The notes below the pieces were generated by a model. That model was not told where the DNA came from. It saw only the letters and a list, made by a program, of their open reading frames with translations, and ran no database searches. 64,000 bases of DNA, from NCBI GenBank assembly GCA_951406725.2, contig OX597831.1, positions 51,646,001 through 51,710,000 of the forward strand, written 5' to 3'. A program made the translations under genes and the position numbers. Positions 22,934 to 36,903 of this stretch are shown here, piece after piece. How positions within the stretch are numbered: the stretch's first letter is position 1; every line of letters begins with the position of its first letter. This DNA comes from Octopus vulgaris (taxonomy: Eukaryota).

Positions 22934-25381
22934 TTAAATAATTATTACCTTTGAAAGGTTTTTATTCCCATGCTGGCCACTTGATGAGATAGATATTTAA
23001 ATATCAATCTTTCCTTATATATATATATTATATATATATATAGGTATATAAATAGGTATATAAAGATAAATATAGAGATATCTTATTGGCAATCCAATAA
23101 TTTATTTATATTACATTAAATACTATGAATATAATATATAACATATTATATAACATAATTATAAAAACCATAAAAGGCCAACAAATTGTTTCGACTTATA
23201 TTTTTTCAGCTATACATAATCACAGTTCCATTATATATATATATAGTCACTTCAGGGTCTTTGGTATAGAAAAAGATGAAATTCTGTGTGAAAGGACGAC
23301 TGGATTGTAAAAGTTAATTCAAATGTAATTTGAATTACTTTAATGAAGCAAATGGATATAAGTGGTGGTATAGAGTCAGAAATGTTACGGATTATGTAAG
23401 AAAGTAGCCCCAGGGACCATAGTAGTCTCAGCAGATACAGTTTAATTGTAGACCCTTGTTAGTATTTGGACTCCATTCACTGTTGTTTGTCACTGTCTGC
23501 TTTCATTTTGATTTGATGCCAGTCTGTAATGGTTATGTTTGGAATGTCTTCAGTTGTATGACTCCTGGATCACAGCTAAATGGGAATCAAACAACAACAA
23601 TCTATAGATATTTGGACAAGTGCTCTTGTCAAAATCTGTCTTGAATACTTACCACTACAGCAATGGATGAAGTCAGCTTAGGCATGATGTCAGTGTGGGT
23701 AAAATCTTCCAAATGGCATTGGTATGCATTGGAAAACTGGCAAGAAGTAGATTCTGAATTCCGATAACAGTTACCTCACGGAACAACACGCTTTGCTTAT
23801 AGATTGGAAACACTCATACAGTCAATGAACTAAACTCAGTGTTTTCAGAAGCCAATTCACAAACGCCTATAAACAACAGACCTTCGATTTGTGTAGGTGA
23901 TTATGGAGTTACTTGAAATCCAGGAATCTTCCTGTATAGCTTCATCTCTATTTGAAACCATGGCTGAACATTATTAGTCTTGTGAAACAATACAAGCTAA
24001 TTTAATGTACTTCTCATTCTTGTTCTGGCTACTTGGTAGGACTTTTTTTAATTTTATCTAGTTTCAGCTCACGAGCTGTGGCCATGCTGGGGCAAGGAAA
24101 CTTTAAGTTGATTGCATTTCTTTTTGAACTCATGCATCATCTGACACTGATCCTGAGATCACACTGTATGATTTCACTAGTACTTCAAGGTTAGATGACC
24201 TGAGAATCAATGTATCCAAGATGCACTTTCAGCTGGCTTTGCAAACAACAAGAGTATGTGCTTGCAGCTGTTAGCTGCAAGGAATGGATGAATTAATTTA
24301 TTTGTACTCTTCATTCCTACCACCTAATTGTGTTCTTAATGATATCTAGAAGAAACGCTTGTCCTTACTATGGTGTTGTTGGCAGCTGGTAGAGGTAGCT
24401 AGTGTAATGATAGTCGGTTGAATGAAAGCACGATGTGTTGTAGTATCTAAAGTTAGATAACTCATTGTTGTGAATTCAAATCCATTTTTTAAAATTCATG
24501 ATGGCTTAATGATTAAGGAATAGAAACATTATTTCTGCAAGTACATACTTCTTGTCAGTTAAACTGTAAAAAGGAAACTGATGTTAGACTTGCTCCAATC
24601 CCTTTTGTTAATGTTTAGCTTTGTTAAAAACTGCAGTATTAATATTCAGTTCAAGGAAGAGAGGCAATGCTTATAGCTCTTACTGGCTGGTGAGGTTAGT
24701 GCAGCTGATATTTTATTTAAAATTCTGCATAAATGTGAGAGAAAATGTGCAAAAGGTTGGAAATTAAGAGAGTTACACCCTGGGGAGGAGGAACTTGATG
24801 AAGTATTGGATTTTGGTGAATGCATTTAGTAGTTTGAGGTAAAGATGGTATATAGTTTGCCAGGATGACCATTTTAGCTTGAGACAGACTAGAGTCAGTG
24901 AGCTTGTTGTTTAGTCCTGATTAAGCAGATCTTTGATCAAAGACATTCCAAATGTGACCTTCATCATTTTGCCTATGTGCAGATAACTCAGAATCACATT
25001 CAAAGTACCATTTTCTAAAATAATTCTTTCTACTATAGGCACAAGGTTTGGCCCTTTTCTGAAGTAATGAAAAGTGATTTCAATGGAGATTTGTCTTTTA
25101 AGTTTAGCAAGTTAACTGACCATATAGAAGCTCTCATTGTGAGTGAATACTGACCTGTTTAGTCACATAGTCTTTTTTGTTTTTCTAATGTGCTTCAGTG
25201 TGTGTGTGTGTGTATGTATAATAGCCAGACTATCCTGTATCTGTATATATAAATAGTACTTGTATCTTGTAGAGTCAGCAACTGTTTAGAAATGAAGTAG
25301 TTTCTAGCACTTGTTGGCAGGCAAGACGTTCAACAAACATTACAGTTGAGTTTCTATAAATGTTATTTCTATCTTTTGCAG

Positions 25382-25421
25382 GCCATTTTGGCTGTGTGCT
25401 GAAGCAGTTGAATGGGAAACA
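25382..25421 (+). CDS. ATP5PB: ATP5PB coding exon 2 (GHFGCVLKQLNGK)
   Basis: Acceptor atcttttgcag, donor CA|GTAAGT; 40 nt converts phase 1 to phase 2, as required to join exon 1 to exon 3. Confidence 0.75.
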
Positions 25422-25518
25422 GTAAGTAATGTTCAATACACAAACTCTTCATATAGTCTGTCACTTACATATTGACTTTTGGCTTATCAAGAATTTTAGC
25501 CTACTACTTTGTCTAAAG

Positions 25519-25828
25519 GTGGAGGCGCAATGGCCCAGTGGTTAGGGCAGCGGACTCGCATTCGGAGGATCGGGGTTTCGATTCCCAGACTGGGCATTGT
25601 GTTTATTGAGCGAAAACACCCAAAGCTCCACGAGGCTCTGGCAGGGGGTAGTGGCGACCCATGTTGTACTCTTTCGCCCCAACTTTCTTTCACTCTTTCT
25701 TGCTGTTTCTTGAGTAACGCTATGATGGACTGGCATCCCATCCAGCTGGGGGACACACATATGCCACAGAAACCGGGAAACTGGGCCCATGAGCCTGGCT
25801 GGGCTTGAAAAGGGCGCATAAATAAAAA
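25519..25828 (+). mobile_element. tRNA-derived SINE with 14-bp TSD
   Basis: A box TGGCCCAGTGG, B box GTTTCGATTCCC; TSD tactttgtctaaag at 25505-25518 and 25829-25842. Confidence 0.9.
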
Positions 25829-26014
25829 TACTTTGTCTAAAGTAAGATCCTCACTCAGTCTGGTTGATATAGGCACCTATTTCAATGGAACAATGTTAGG
25901 ATCAACAATTGTAGCATAATAGTAAGTCAGGTCTGAGTTGTATGATGAGAAAGTTAATATATAATGTGATTACTAAATAAAATAGAAGTTAATATAATAA
26001 TTTCGTTTTCTTAG

Positions 26015-27240
26015 ATAGTGAACTGGCAGAATCATTAGCATGTCAGGCAAAATTTTTAGTGACATTTTGTCTGTCTTTCTGTCCTGAGTTCAAATTCTGC
26101 CAAGGTTGACTTTGACTTTCTTCCTTTTGGGGTTGATGTAGTAAGTACCAGTTACTCCTCCCCAAAAATTGCTGGCTTTCTCCTCTCCCAAAATTTCAGG
26201 CCTAGTACCTATAATAGAAAGAATTATTATTAAGGCAGCGAGCTGGCAGAGTCATTACCATGCTGGGTGAAATGCTTAGTGGCATTTCATTCATCTTTAA
26301 TGTTCTGAGTTCAAATTTCACTACGGTCATCTTTGCCATTCATCCTTTTGGGCTCGAGAAAATAAATACCAGTTGAGCACTGGGAGTGATGTAATTGTCT
26401 TACCCCTCCCCACAAATTCCTGGACTTGTGCCAAAATGTTAAACCATAATTATTATTATTATTGAGTGAGAGAGCAGTGCATGCCATGAAAGTGACACTG
26501 GGTTACAAATATATGAAGCTCAGTTTACCCATCATGACTTTCCGTCTGATAAGGATACACCAGGCACATGCATCACAACCATATGTGTGCGACATGGTGA
26601 TCTCATATCAAGATAAACAGCGCATGACCTTGCAGGTGGGGCCCAGTTAGAATTCTCTTCAGGTTGTGTAGCCCATCCTGCTCAAAAGGTCACTGAATAA
26701 AGGTTGTTTAAGGATGATGAATGAATCACTCATGTTTCCATAAGTGAATTATCCAAACCCCAGAGAATTCCTCTCAACACATGGCTATGGTGCTCCTCTA
26801 CTGCTCTTGATTAAAGATGCACATATCATCAGCCACAAAGGGACATGGTCAACTGGTTACGGTCAAACAACTGACAATCAAATCTGTGGTATTGAGCCGA
26901 ATATTTGCTGTAGCCCATCTTTTATACCAAGACAAAACAATGTACATGATAACTCTTCCAATCAGTGAAGATCAGAAGCCATGAGAGCCACTGCCTGGTA
27001 CTATTATTTTTAAGGCAGTGAACTGGCAGAATTGTTAGCACACTGGACAAAATTCTTAACAGTTCATCTGTCTTTACATTCTGAGTTAAAATTCTGCCAA
27101 GGTTGACTTTGCTTTTCATTTTTTCATGGTTGATAAATTAAGTACCAGTCAAACACTAGGGTCAATGTAAACAACTAACTCCCTTTTCCCAGATTTCAGG
27201 CCTTGTGCCTATAGAAAAGATTATTATTATTATTATCATC
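26015..27240 (+). mobile_element. Tandem cluster of three Nin/Deu-like SINE copies (26015, 26232, 27012) with an unrelated ~540-bp repeat in an (ATT)n tail (26462-27002)
   Basis: Repeated ggcagtgaactggcagaat..ttagca heads, each following a tattatt tail. Confidence 0.7.
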
Positions 27241-27361
27241 ATTATCGTACCAGCTCAGCCTTAAGGTTAATGAAGTTGATTAGCACCCACGTCCCCCAAC
27301 ATTTCGGGCCTTTTACCTACACTAGAAAGGAGTTTTACTTATTTATTTAATTATTTTTCAG

Positions 27362-27564
27362 CATTTCAGTTCCTGCCAGGCTGTCTTCATCTGTCGTTGA
27401 GCAGGTGAAGAACTGGGAGACAGCCAATGAAAGATATTTTGGCCCCGAGAGAGATGTCAAGAATTTTCCTCATCCAGCCATGTTGGACCAACCAAAGGCT
27501 GTCAAATTTGGCTTCGTTCCAGCTTCATGGTTTGATTTTCTTTATCCCAAAACTGGTTTCACAG
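27362..27564 (+). CDS. ATP5PB: ATP5PB coding exon 3 (HISVPARLSSSVVEQVKNWETANERYFGPERDVKNFPHPAMLDQPKAVKFGFVPASWFDFLYPKTGFT)
   Basis: PERD..NFP and V.FGF.P..WF.FLYPKTG.TG are hallmark subunit b motifs; ttttcag acceptor, G|GTTAGT donor, 203 nt. Confidence 0.95.
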
Positions 27565-28249
27565 GTTAGTACTCCGTGAGTGTGTCATGTTTATGTGTGT
27601 ACATCTGCTGATGTTTCTTTGTTTCATTCTACTGCTTGTTGTTGTCTTTGATTTTGTTTCGTACCCCTTTACCTCAAAACTGGTATTTCAGGCCAGCATG
27701 GCTAAAAAGTCAAGAAGTTTGCTTCACAGTTATGAGATATTCAGTTCAATCTCACTGCATAGCATCTTGGGTAGGTGTTCTTTTTTTTTATGATAGCCTT
27801 GGGCTAACCCCAGGCTTGTGAATGAGATTGGGTTTATGGAAACAGTTTTGGGAGCCTCTCTGAAAGTATTGGATCCATCATCCAAATCTACTCATAAGGC
27901 GTGGTCAGTCCAGGGCTATAGTAGTAGACTTTTGCTCAAGATGCTGCATAGTGGGACCGAAGACTGCATGGTTGAGAAGCAAGCTTCTTAACCAAACAAC
28001 CCCATCTGTGCACGTGTACACACATTCATTCACTCACTCACACACACAGTTAATGAGAGAGAGATGAAAGATGCAAGATGTGAGAATGTTTATTGATGAC
28101 TATATATGTTTGATAAGTGTCAATGCACGAAACTCTTGGCCCTTGAGTCACTCTGTTGCTTCTGCTAAATATTAATAAAAATATACATATACTCATATTT
28201 TGAGTTGTATTTTTCCTGTTTGCATCACCATACTGTATATATATATATA

Positions 28250-28503
28250 TTCTCTCTTTACTCTTTTTTATTCTTTTACTTGTTTCAATCATTTGACTGT
28301 GGTCATGCTGGAGCACTGCTTTTAGTCGAGCAAATCGACCCCAAGACTTATTCTTTGTAAGCCTAGTACTTATTCTATCGGTCTCTTTTGCTGAACCTCT
28401 AAGTTAGGGGGACATAAGCACACCAGCATCGGTTGTCAAGTGATGTTGGTGGGACAAACACAGACACACAAACATATACAGTTCAATTTCATTGCATGGT
28501 ATC

Positions 28504-28539
<36 letters not shown>

Positions 28540-28702
28540 GATGGGCTTCTTTCAGTTTCTGTCTACCAAATCCACTCACAAGGTTTTGGTCGGCCCGAGG
28601 CTATAGTAGAAGATACTCGCTGAAGGTGCCATGCAGTGGGACTGAACCCAGAACCATGGGGCTGGTAAGCAAGCTACTTACCACACAGCCACTCCTACGC
28701 CT
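28250..28702 (-). mobile_element. Abundant ~400-bp tRNA-derived SINE
   Basis: Near full-length reverse complement of 59977-60381. Confidence 0.9.
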
Positions 28703-28886
28703 ATATATATATCATCATCATCATCGTTTAACGTCCGTTCTCCATGCTAGCATGGGTTGGACGGTTCAACCGGGGATCTGGGAAGCCAGAAGGCTGCACC
28801 AGGTTCCAGTCTTATCTGGCAATGTTTCTACAGCTGGATGCCCTTCCTAACGCCAACCACTCCGTGAGTGTAGTGGGTACTTTTTA

Positions 28887-28922
<36 letters not shown>

Positions 28923-29487
28923 GTGCACACATATATATGATTATCATTTTTTAATGTTGTTGCATGCTGTTATCTCTATCATATCCAGAGGAAAAGATAT
29001 CTCTTGTTATCCACATTGTTATATTCACTGTGGCACCTTGGATAAGTGTCTTCTATAACCTTGCACTAACCAAATCCTTGTGGGTGGATTTGGTAGACAG
29101 AAACTGAAAGAAGCCTGTTGTGTGTGTGTGACAGGATAAGAACCAGACTTAAAACTAAGTACTTGGGTTGATACATTCAGTTAAAATTCTTCAAGATGTT
29201 GTCCCAGCATGGCTGCAGTCTATTGGCAGAAACAAGTGAAAAATAAAAGACTTGTCTTCTCTCATCATTTCTCTCTCTCCCCCTCTCCCTGCACTTCCTT
29301 TCTCTCTCCCTTCCTCTTTCTCTCTTTTCCTTCCACCTTTATTCCTCTATCTGTTTAAAGTTACTGCCTCTTCTATTGAAACTCCATGTGAAGTATTCTG
29401 GCTAAACTTCCTCCTCTTCTTTCTCTTTTCCTGACACACTAAATGAAACCTTAAACTCTATCTTATTTCTTCATTGTTCTTTTCCAG

Positions 29488-29651
29488 GTCCATATGTCCT
29501 TGGGGCTGGTTTGTTGGCCACTGTAATGTCCAAGGAAATTTGGGTTATAGACCATGGTTTTGCTGATGTAATAGGATTTACTGGCGCCTTCCTTTTCCTC
29601 GTTTACAAAGTTGGTCCTGGTATGGCTAAATTTTTAGAAGGCAAGCAACAG
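29488..29651 (+). CDS. ATP5PB: ATP5PB coding exon 4 (GPYVLGAGLLATVMSKEIWVIDHGFADVIGFTGAFLFLVYKVGPGMAKFLEGKQQ)
   Basis: GPY..G.GL....SKEI.V motif and hydrophobic membrane segments; ttttccag acceptor, CAG|GTAAAG donor, 164 nt. Confidence 0.95.
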
Positions 29652-29990
29652 GTAAAGTTAACAACTTGTCAATGTTACTTTCGTCTCTTTGTCTCATAAG
29701 AGTATGGGCATAACTTTATTTCTCACTTAGTTTTTAGTCTTTTAGTTGGATGAGGCAAAGGAATAGTGATAGTTTGCACTCACTTATCCCACTCTTGTGT
29801 CTAGAGTTAAATAGGGTAGAATAGGCTGTGAGAGTAAATATTTTGATGATCTACGAAGCAAGTATGCTGGGAATATGGCAAACTTGCTGACAGCTATTAC
29901 AATCTGTTATTTTGTATGAAAGTTCCATGATGAGTGTTCAGTTATATCTAATATTCATTTATTGTTGTAGAGAAAATATTTATATATGTA

Positions 29991-30339
29991 CTAGCAGTAT
30001 CGCCCGGCGTTGCTCGGGTTTGTAAGGGAAATAACTATATAAGCATTTTTAGAGAGTTACTTCCCTTATAGATGCCAATTCGGGCTTTCTTAGCCATTTC
30101 TGTTTTGGTGTCTTCAAGCCATGAAGTCGTTGTTCTAAAAGAACGCTGGTCTCCTTGACAACGCTTTACATCATAAAAATGATGTTAAATTATTTTTAAA
30201 ATCGTAGACGCGCGCTAATACTCAGATGGGTTGATATGAATCACGACTATAAGATACCCGAATTTGGTTAAACTGCACCGCGAAATGTGGGAGTAGTTAG
30301 GAATCTAAATCGAAGGGGACAGACACTCACACAACTACA

Positions 30340-30345
<6 letters not shown>
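29991..30345 (-). mobile_element. Non-autonomous Helitron-like element
   Basis: Minus strand ends with hairpin CCCGAGCAACGCCGGG followed by CTAG|T; other end sits in (TA)n; no TSD. Confidence 0.7.
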
Positions 30346-30370
<25 letters not shown>

Positions 30371-31378
30371 GAATAATCTACAAGTGGTTATTTGCCAGAT
30401 TTAAATGTCTACTATGAACAGACTGTTAATAATATTACATATATCTAACCAAGCATTGACTTTGTAACATACAGCAATGTCATTGATTGAAGGTCAGTGA
30501 TCTGACTTCACAGTTATTTCAGAAGTTGGTCTTCATTCTCCTTCATAGACACTTTCCATAGTCTATAAGACTGATGGGTGCCACTTATATATATATATTT
30601 TACCTTGTGCATATTCTTTACAAATGAATTTCGTATTTCATAGAGAAATATTGGTCTATTTTCATCAATAAAAATTATATGCAGTGAATATTTTGTAGGC
30701 TATTAGTCTGATGTGATGTTTTTTAATTTTCCCCCCTGATTTTGGATACAGTTAGATAGTTTGTTGTAATGTTTACATTTTCACAAGTGTTAATTTTCAC
30801 TTTTATATTTAGTAATGATTATCTGACCTCCCACCGTTGAGATTTTTATCAAAATAAATCTAAAAAAAAATCCTCTACCTGCATGTATGATTATGAGTAT
30901 TAACAGAACTTGAGTAATAGCACTCAAGCACATTGAACTAGATTGAGGGCTATCATTCAGTAGTCAAAAAAAAAAAAGAAAGAAAGAAAAAACAACAAAA
31001 TACAGGATAAATTTTGGGAATGGGTGAAAATACCAGGTGTTTAAGGGAGCCTGACATCTTAAGTAAGTATCAGATTTCGAATAAAACTAAGAACAAAGTT
31101 CACATCCGGAACTTTCAATTGATATATAATTCTCCAAGGAAAATAGGTATTTTGTCATGCAAATGATGTATTAAAAAATAGGGTTTTGCATTGTCGAACT
31201 GTGTGTTACTTGTTCCACAGAGCTCTCCAAGGATACTTATTAAATTTATTGCAAAGCTCCAAACTTAGAGATGATTCAGTTTTATACCCCACACCATTGT
31301 ATCAAAACTGAGCCCCCCCGAGTGTCAAATGATTTTAACATGATATGAACTATTGCTGCTATTTTTGTTGTATTGCAG

Positions 31379-31507
31379 AGAATCTATGAGGAGACCTACA
31401 CTAAACCAATAGCTAAAGCTAAAGAGACCTTCGTTGATGAAATAAAAGAGTGTAATGATGCCATCTGGAGTCTTGAAGGACAGAAATATTTGTTTGAAGC
31501 TAAAAAG
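31379..31507 (+). CDS. ATP5PB: ATP5PB coding exon 5 (RIYEETYTKPIAKAKETFVDEIKECNDAIWSLEGQKYLFEAKK)
   Basis: tattgcag acceptor, AAG|GTATTA donor, 129 nt open, ends in conserved GQ.YLFEAKK. Confidence 0.92.
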
Positions 31508-32502
31508 GTATTAATTCTTTGGCAAGAATCTTTTACATTTTGACTTTGTTCTGTCGCTGCCACTAAGAGTTGTAAATTCTTCCATGTCTCATATTCATTG
31601 AAAGCTACTTGCTAAGCATGCACTTCTAACTTTTACTTCACACCCCATTAGCTATCTGTCTAATGCATGAGCAGGTAAACATAAGCATTATTTCTCATTG
31701 TCCCTCACTCTTTGTTTTCTCTGTCTGTCTCACTCTCAAAAAAATATATATAGTTGATATCCTATCATCTTCGTTATCAACACTTAATATCCATTTTCCA
31801 TGCTGGCATGGGTTGGATGGCTTTACAGGAGGCTGCACCAGGTTTCATTGTCTGTTCTGGCATGGTTTCTATTGCAGGATGCCCTTTCTAACGCCAACCA
31901 CTTTTCATAGTGTACTGGGTGCTTTTTACATGGCACCACCACCAGTGGTTTTTATGTGGCATCAGTGCGTTTTTTTACCTGCCACCAGCACCAATACTAA
32001 TGCTTTTTATGGCACATTGGTTTTAGGATCTCAATTCTGTTGTGGTGGGCGGGTCTTCTCTTATAAACCTTCAAGATAATGTGAACTAATTATTTTTTGG
32101 AATTGTGGACCTTGAAGTACACATAAAGCCATAAATAATATATATGTATAAATAATATATATGTATAACATGTAATTATAATATATAATAAATTATATAT
32201 TGTGCACTTATTGTTATGTGTGTGATCCTGCTGTCTGTGGAAAAACTGTCTTGCATGAAAACCAGTCTCTGCTCTAACTTATCTACTTCATGTTTGTATG
32301 TTTTACACACTTTTTATGTAATCTTTAATCAGAACACAGCAAAGGCCAGTTAATTTAACAATTTCTTCCACATTTCTATCTTATCAGAGATCTACTGATA
32401 TTATTTGTTTCTTAAATATTTATTGCACCCCCCACCTTTTCTTTTAAATTTCTTCAAAATTGGTGACATGTTTTGTTAATATTTTAAATTCTTTGTCTGC
32501 AG

Positions 32503-32580
32503 GAAAATGTTGGTCTTCAGCTTGAATCAGCTTATCGCAAAAGATTAAACAAAGTCTACACAGATGTGAAGAGTCGATTG
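32503..32580 (+). CDS. ATP5PB: ATP5PB coding exon 6 (ENVGLQLESAYRKRLNKVYTDVKSRL)
   Basis: ENV.LQLE..YR.RL..VY..VK.RL motif; tctgcag acceptor, TTG|GTAATG donor, 78 nt. Confidence 0.95.
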
Positions 32581-33051
32581 GTAATGTTGAAATACTTTAC
32601 AGGCATACATTTCCATTTCCATACATATGTGTGTATGTGTGCACACACAAAGTAAAACACCCTCATATGTTGCATAATTGTAATATATCATTGTATCCAT
32701 GCTCAAACATGGATACATAGTTTCTCTCCCTTTTATACACACTCAGACACAGACACACACATGCATGCACGTACACTCACACACACATTTGCAGACATAT
32801 ACAAGCACATGCATATGGATACACATACATTCACGTGGGCATACAACACACACATATACACACACATGACAAACACATGCTTATATGCAGATGTACACAC
32901 ATACAGTTATATATGCACACGGGGACATACATGCGCACACACAGTTACACACACAGACATACACACCTTATTCATGATTTGTGATACATCAATAATTCCC
33001 CTCCACAAATCACAAAACTAACAATTTTAACACCGCCATTCAAATATTTGT

Positions 33052-33361
33052 GGAGGCGCAATGGCCCAGTGGTTAGGGCAGCGGACTCTTGGCCGGAAGA
33101 TCATAGTTTCGATTCCCAGACCGGGCGTTGTGTGTGCTTATTGAACGAAAACACCTAAAAGCTCCATGAGGCTCTGGCAGGGCGTGGTGGCAACCCCTGT
33201 TGTACTCTTTCGCCACAACTTTCTCTCACTCTCTCTTCCTGTTTCTTGAGTAACAAAGCAATGGACTGGCGTCCCGTCCAGCTGGGGGGGGAACACATAC
33301 GCCACAGAAACCGGGAAACCAAGCCAATGAACCTGGCTAGGCTTGAAAGGGGCGAGGAAAA
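33052..33361 (+). mobile_element. tRNA-derived SINE (family of 25519) with 14-bp TSD
   Basis: Same head and core as 25519; TSD attcaaa(t/c)atttgt at 33038-33051 and 33362-33375. Confidence 0.9.
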
Positions 33362-33992
33362 ATTCAAACATTTGTTGCTAACAAATAAATGCTCTGACAG
33401 TATTTACACTTATTGCTGTTCTCTAGTTCTGGTCTATGTTCTATCCTTAGAGAAAATTTGTCACTGTATTTACTGAAGTGGCTGGGCATCATTCTACTTA
33501 AACCTATTACAAATGGAATGATAGACATTTCTTGACTTCTGTAATGTCTTTTAACTTCATAGCAAAGTTGGTATTGCTTCTTTGCCTCTAAGTTCACGAC
33601 TGCACAAAATTATAATCGTTTGCTACTACTACTACTACTGCTGGTAGTAGTAGTAGTAATGTGCTGTGGTAATGTAATCTTCTTCCCAAAATTTGTAGCT
33701 TTGTGCATTCCTCACACTCCCTCCTTTTATCTCCCTTTCTTTCTCTTTTGCACTCACTCACTCACACACACAGACAAACCAACACCATTTGTCAAGCAGT
33801 GGTAGGACACACATACACACACTGAGCTGCTTTCAGTTTCTGTCTACCAAATCCACTCACAAAACGTCGATTGGTTCAAGACTCTAGTAAAAGACACTTG
33901 CCCAATGTGTCCTTGAACCATGTAGTTAAGAAGCAAGTTTCTTACCACACAGCCATGCTTGCATCTATTATTTATTTTATTTTGTTTTTCAG

Positions 33993-34094
33993 GATTATCA
34001 TGTAGCTGTTGAGAATACTAAGCGCAGGTTTGAACAAGAACACATGGTGAACTGGATTGTTAGCAGTGTAGTGAAGAGCATAACCCCTCAACAG
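33993..34094 (+). CDS. ATP5PB: ATP5PB coding exon 7 ([34 protein letters not shown])
   Basis: DYH....[11 protein letters not shown] motif; tttttcag acceptor, CAG|GTATGT donor, 102 nt. Confidence 0.96.
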
Positions 34095-34273
34095 GTATGT
34101 TGTCTATCTAGATGTCTTGTCTTATTTATCACTTAACTCAAATTACCATACTTGCTTATGTATATGTCACATTTTTATACTTAATATTTTAACTGCAAAA
34201 ACCAAGGTGCTCCTTATATACAGAGCAAAGCTCAAATTATGAAAGGAAAAATTTTGTAATCAGATTTAATAAT

Positions 34274-34852
34274 ATGAGGTGTGTTCAAAAAGTATCAATC
34301 TTTTATTTTTTCCTCACCAAATCTAATGCCATTTGGGCGCAATCTTTTTGGTGGAAGGTGATGCCATCCTCCTCTACATCATCATCATCGTCATCGTTTA
34401 AAGTCTCTTTTTCATGCCAGCATGGGTTGGACAGTTCAACCGGGGTCTGGGAAGCCAGGAGGCTGCGCCAGGCTCCAGTCTGATCTGGCAGTGTTTCTAC
34501 AGCTGGATGGTCTTCCTAACGCCAACCACTCCATGAGTGTAGTGGGTGCTTTTTACGTTTCACTGACACGGACGCCAGTCAGGCGGTGCTGGCATCGGCT
34601 ACGTTTGGATGGTGCTTTTTTATGTGCCACTGGCACGGGTATCACAACTAAAATTTTCTCTGCTTGAAGTGTTTGGTGAAAACGAAAATCCGGTGAGCCT
34701 ACACTATACATCTGTACTCTAGGTATAACAGCTGGGAACTGAATGGTTCCACTGGTGTGAAAATTTTTCATGCATGTGTAAGAAGAGTGGTATCACATTC
34801 CACCCAAAGGATTTTGCCCTTGTAACATTAGATAATTTTTGAATGTACCTCG
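34274..34852. mobile_element. Mariner-type MITE with a nested SINE (34378-34665)
   Basis: TIR-like tgaggtgtgttcaaaaagtatc / gataatttttgaatgtacctcg with TA flanks. Confidence 0.6.
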
Positions 34853-35797
34853 TATATTAGGGGTGTAACATATGCACGAGTGCAACTTAATACTAGTAAT
34901 ATGGTACTTAACCCTTAAATGGCAAGAAAGGGTCACACAAATCTATGTGCCAAATGGGCTAAACCAAAGCATATTTCTTTTTCTTAAGGGTAATTTTTAT
35001 ACTTATTTTCACTTAAGATTAGTACAAGAACTATGGTGTGAGCATAAATTCGTTTGAGTTTTCCTGCATTGTTGTTGTTATACAAATGTACGATTGGAGA
35101 AAAATTGCTGCACTTTTTCCATCCAAAGCTAGTTGCACTTTCTTTTGAGCTATCTGGAGCATCACGATCATCATTATCTACCTTGTCTGATGATGACGGA
35201 ACAGATTTACTGCTTGATTTCTCCCATCGATAAGGGCCCCTTATGTTTAGTTGCATCTGACGAAGTTGACACTTTGGCTTTGATTGATGATGGCTGTATG
35301 CATGTAGGAATTGTATAATTATTATTATACAATTTCCTGATAATGTTTAATTTTAAGAATATAAGATTTTTTAAACATCGAATGGCCAGGAGAGTCCACT
35401 TGAGTAGAAATAGGAATCAAAAGGGTCCACAGGTAAAAAATGATTGAGAAATACTCGATTTAAATCTACAGCGAGAATTATTAGTTATTGCCCTTGGCAC
35501 CGTCATTCAAAGTTATAATTGTTGAAGCATAATCACATACAGAACAACATCTTAATGTTTCAGATATTGCTATTTCGATGAGGGATTGTCTTTTAGTGAT
35601 TTAGTAATTCGGAAGAATCCTGATAAATTAATAAATGTATGGGCATGGCTATGTTGGAAATAAATTTACAACTAAGTAGTTGCATTACATGGTCTTTTGG
35701 ATTAGTATCTTCTTAGCTTGACCAATTCCTGAGTAAATTTTAGCAGCCAGAAACTGTGTAGAAGCCTGTCGTGTATGTGTGTACATATATCTTTTAT

Positions 35798-36157
35798 GTT
35801 TTACTTATTTCAGTCATTAGACTGGCCATGCTGGAGCACTGCCTTGAAGAATTTTAAGTCAAACGAATCGACCCCAGTACTTATTTTTAAGCCTGGTACT
35901 TATTCTATTGGTCTGTTTTGCCAAACCACTAAGTTATGGGGACCTAAACAAACCATCACCAGTTGTCAAGTAGCAGTGAGGGACGGACACACACACACAC
36001 GATGGACTTCTTTCAGTTTCCAGCTTCCAAATCTACTCACAAGGCTTTGGTTGGCCTGAGGCTATTGTAGAAGGCACTTGCCCAATGTGTCATCTAGTGG
36101 GACTGAACCCAGAACCATGTGGTTGCGGAGCTAACTTCTTACCACACAGCCATGCCT
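35798..36157 (-). mobile_element. Diverged copy of the ~400-bp SINE
   Basis: Similarity to reverse complement of 59977-60381 throughout. Confidence 0.75.
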
Positions 36158-36555
36158 ATATATATATGCGTGTGTGTGTAAGTGCGGGTGTAGCAATGTG
36201 GTTAAGAAATTTACTTTCCAACCACTTGGTGTTAGGTTCAGGCCCACTGCATGGTACTTTGTTGCATTTTGTTGGTGATAATATATATGTAATGGAACAA
36301 GATTAGAATATACAGTTTGAACCATGGGAGCTAGCCTTTCACCTTTGAGGGTCAGTAAAATAAAGTACCAGTCAAGTACTGGGGTTGATGTAATTGACTG
36401 TCCTCTCTCATCAAAATTGCTGGTTTTTTAAATACACATAATGCTATTGTTTCATGATTGAAATGATAGAGTAAAATTTAATGTATGATGAGCAAATAAT
36501 AAAAATATAACAGTGAAAACTATTTTTTCTGTTCACTGGTGGTGTGTTGGTGGGT

Positions 36556-36903
36556 TGTTGTTGTTGTGACCCACTTCGGTCATGACACTGACCATAGGTT
36601 TGCACCTAGAAAGTTACCCTCCAAGGTACAAGTCTGGGCAAGGTTGTTTATGGAAGGCCAGCAGTCGCCCATGCATACCGGCCCCCCCTCTCCACGGCAC
36701 CAGTGTTATCCAAGAGAAAGGCAAAGGCTGATACAGCTTGGCACATGTGACGTCGCAACTCATTTCTAGAGCTGAGTGAACTGGAGCAATGTGAAATAAA
36801 GTGTCTTGCTCAAGAACACAACACGCAGCCCGGTCCGGGATTCGAACTCACAACCTCACGATCGTAAGCTCGACGCTCTAACCACTGAGCCATGCGCCTT
36901 CAC
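36556..36903 (-). mobile_element. Young tRNA-derived SINE with (CAA)n tail and 11-bp TSD (older relatives ~7080-7310, ~37950-38250)
   Basis: A box TGGCTCAGTGG, B box GTTCGAATCCC; TSD tgttggtgggt at 36545-36555 and 36904-36914. Confidence 0.9.

Noticed and set aside
36830-36903. tRNA-like sequences (also 7902, 15566, 25521, 33052)
   Set aside because: They continue into SINE bodies and lack a proper acceptor stem, so they are SINE heads, not tRNA genes.
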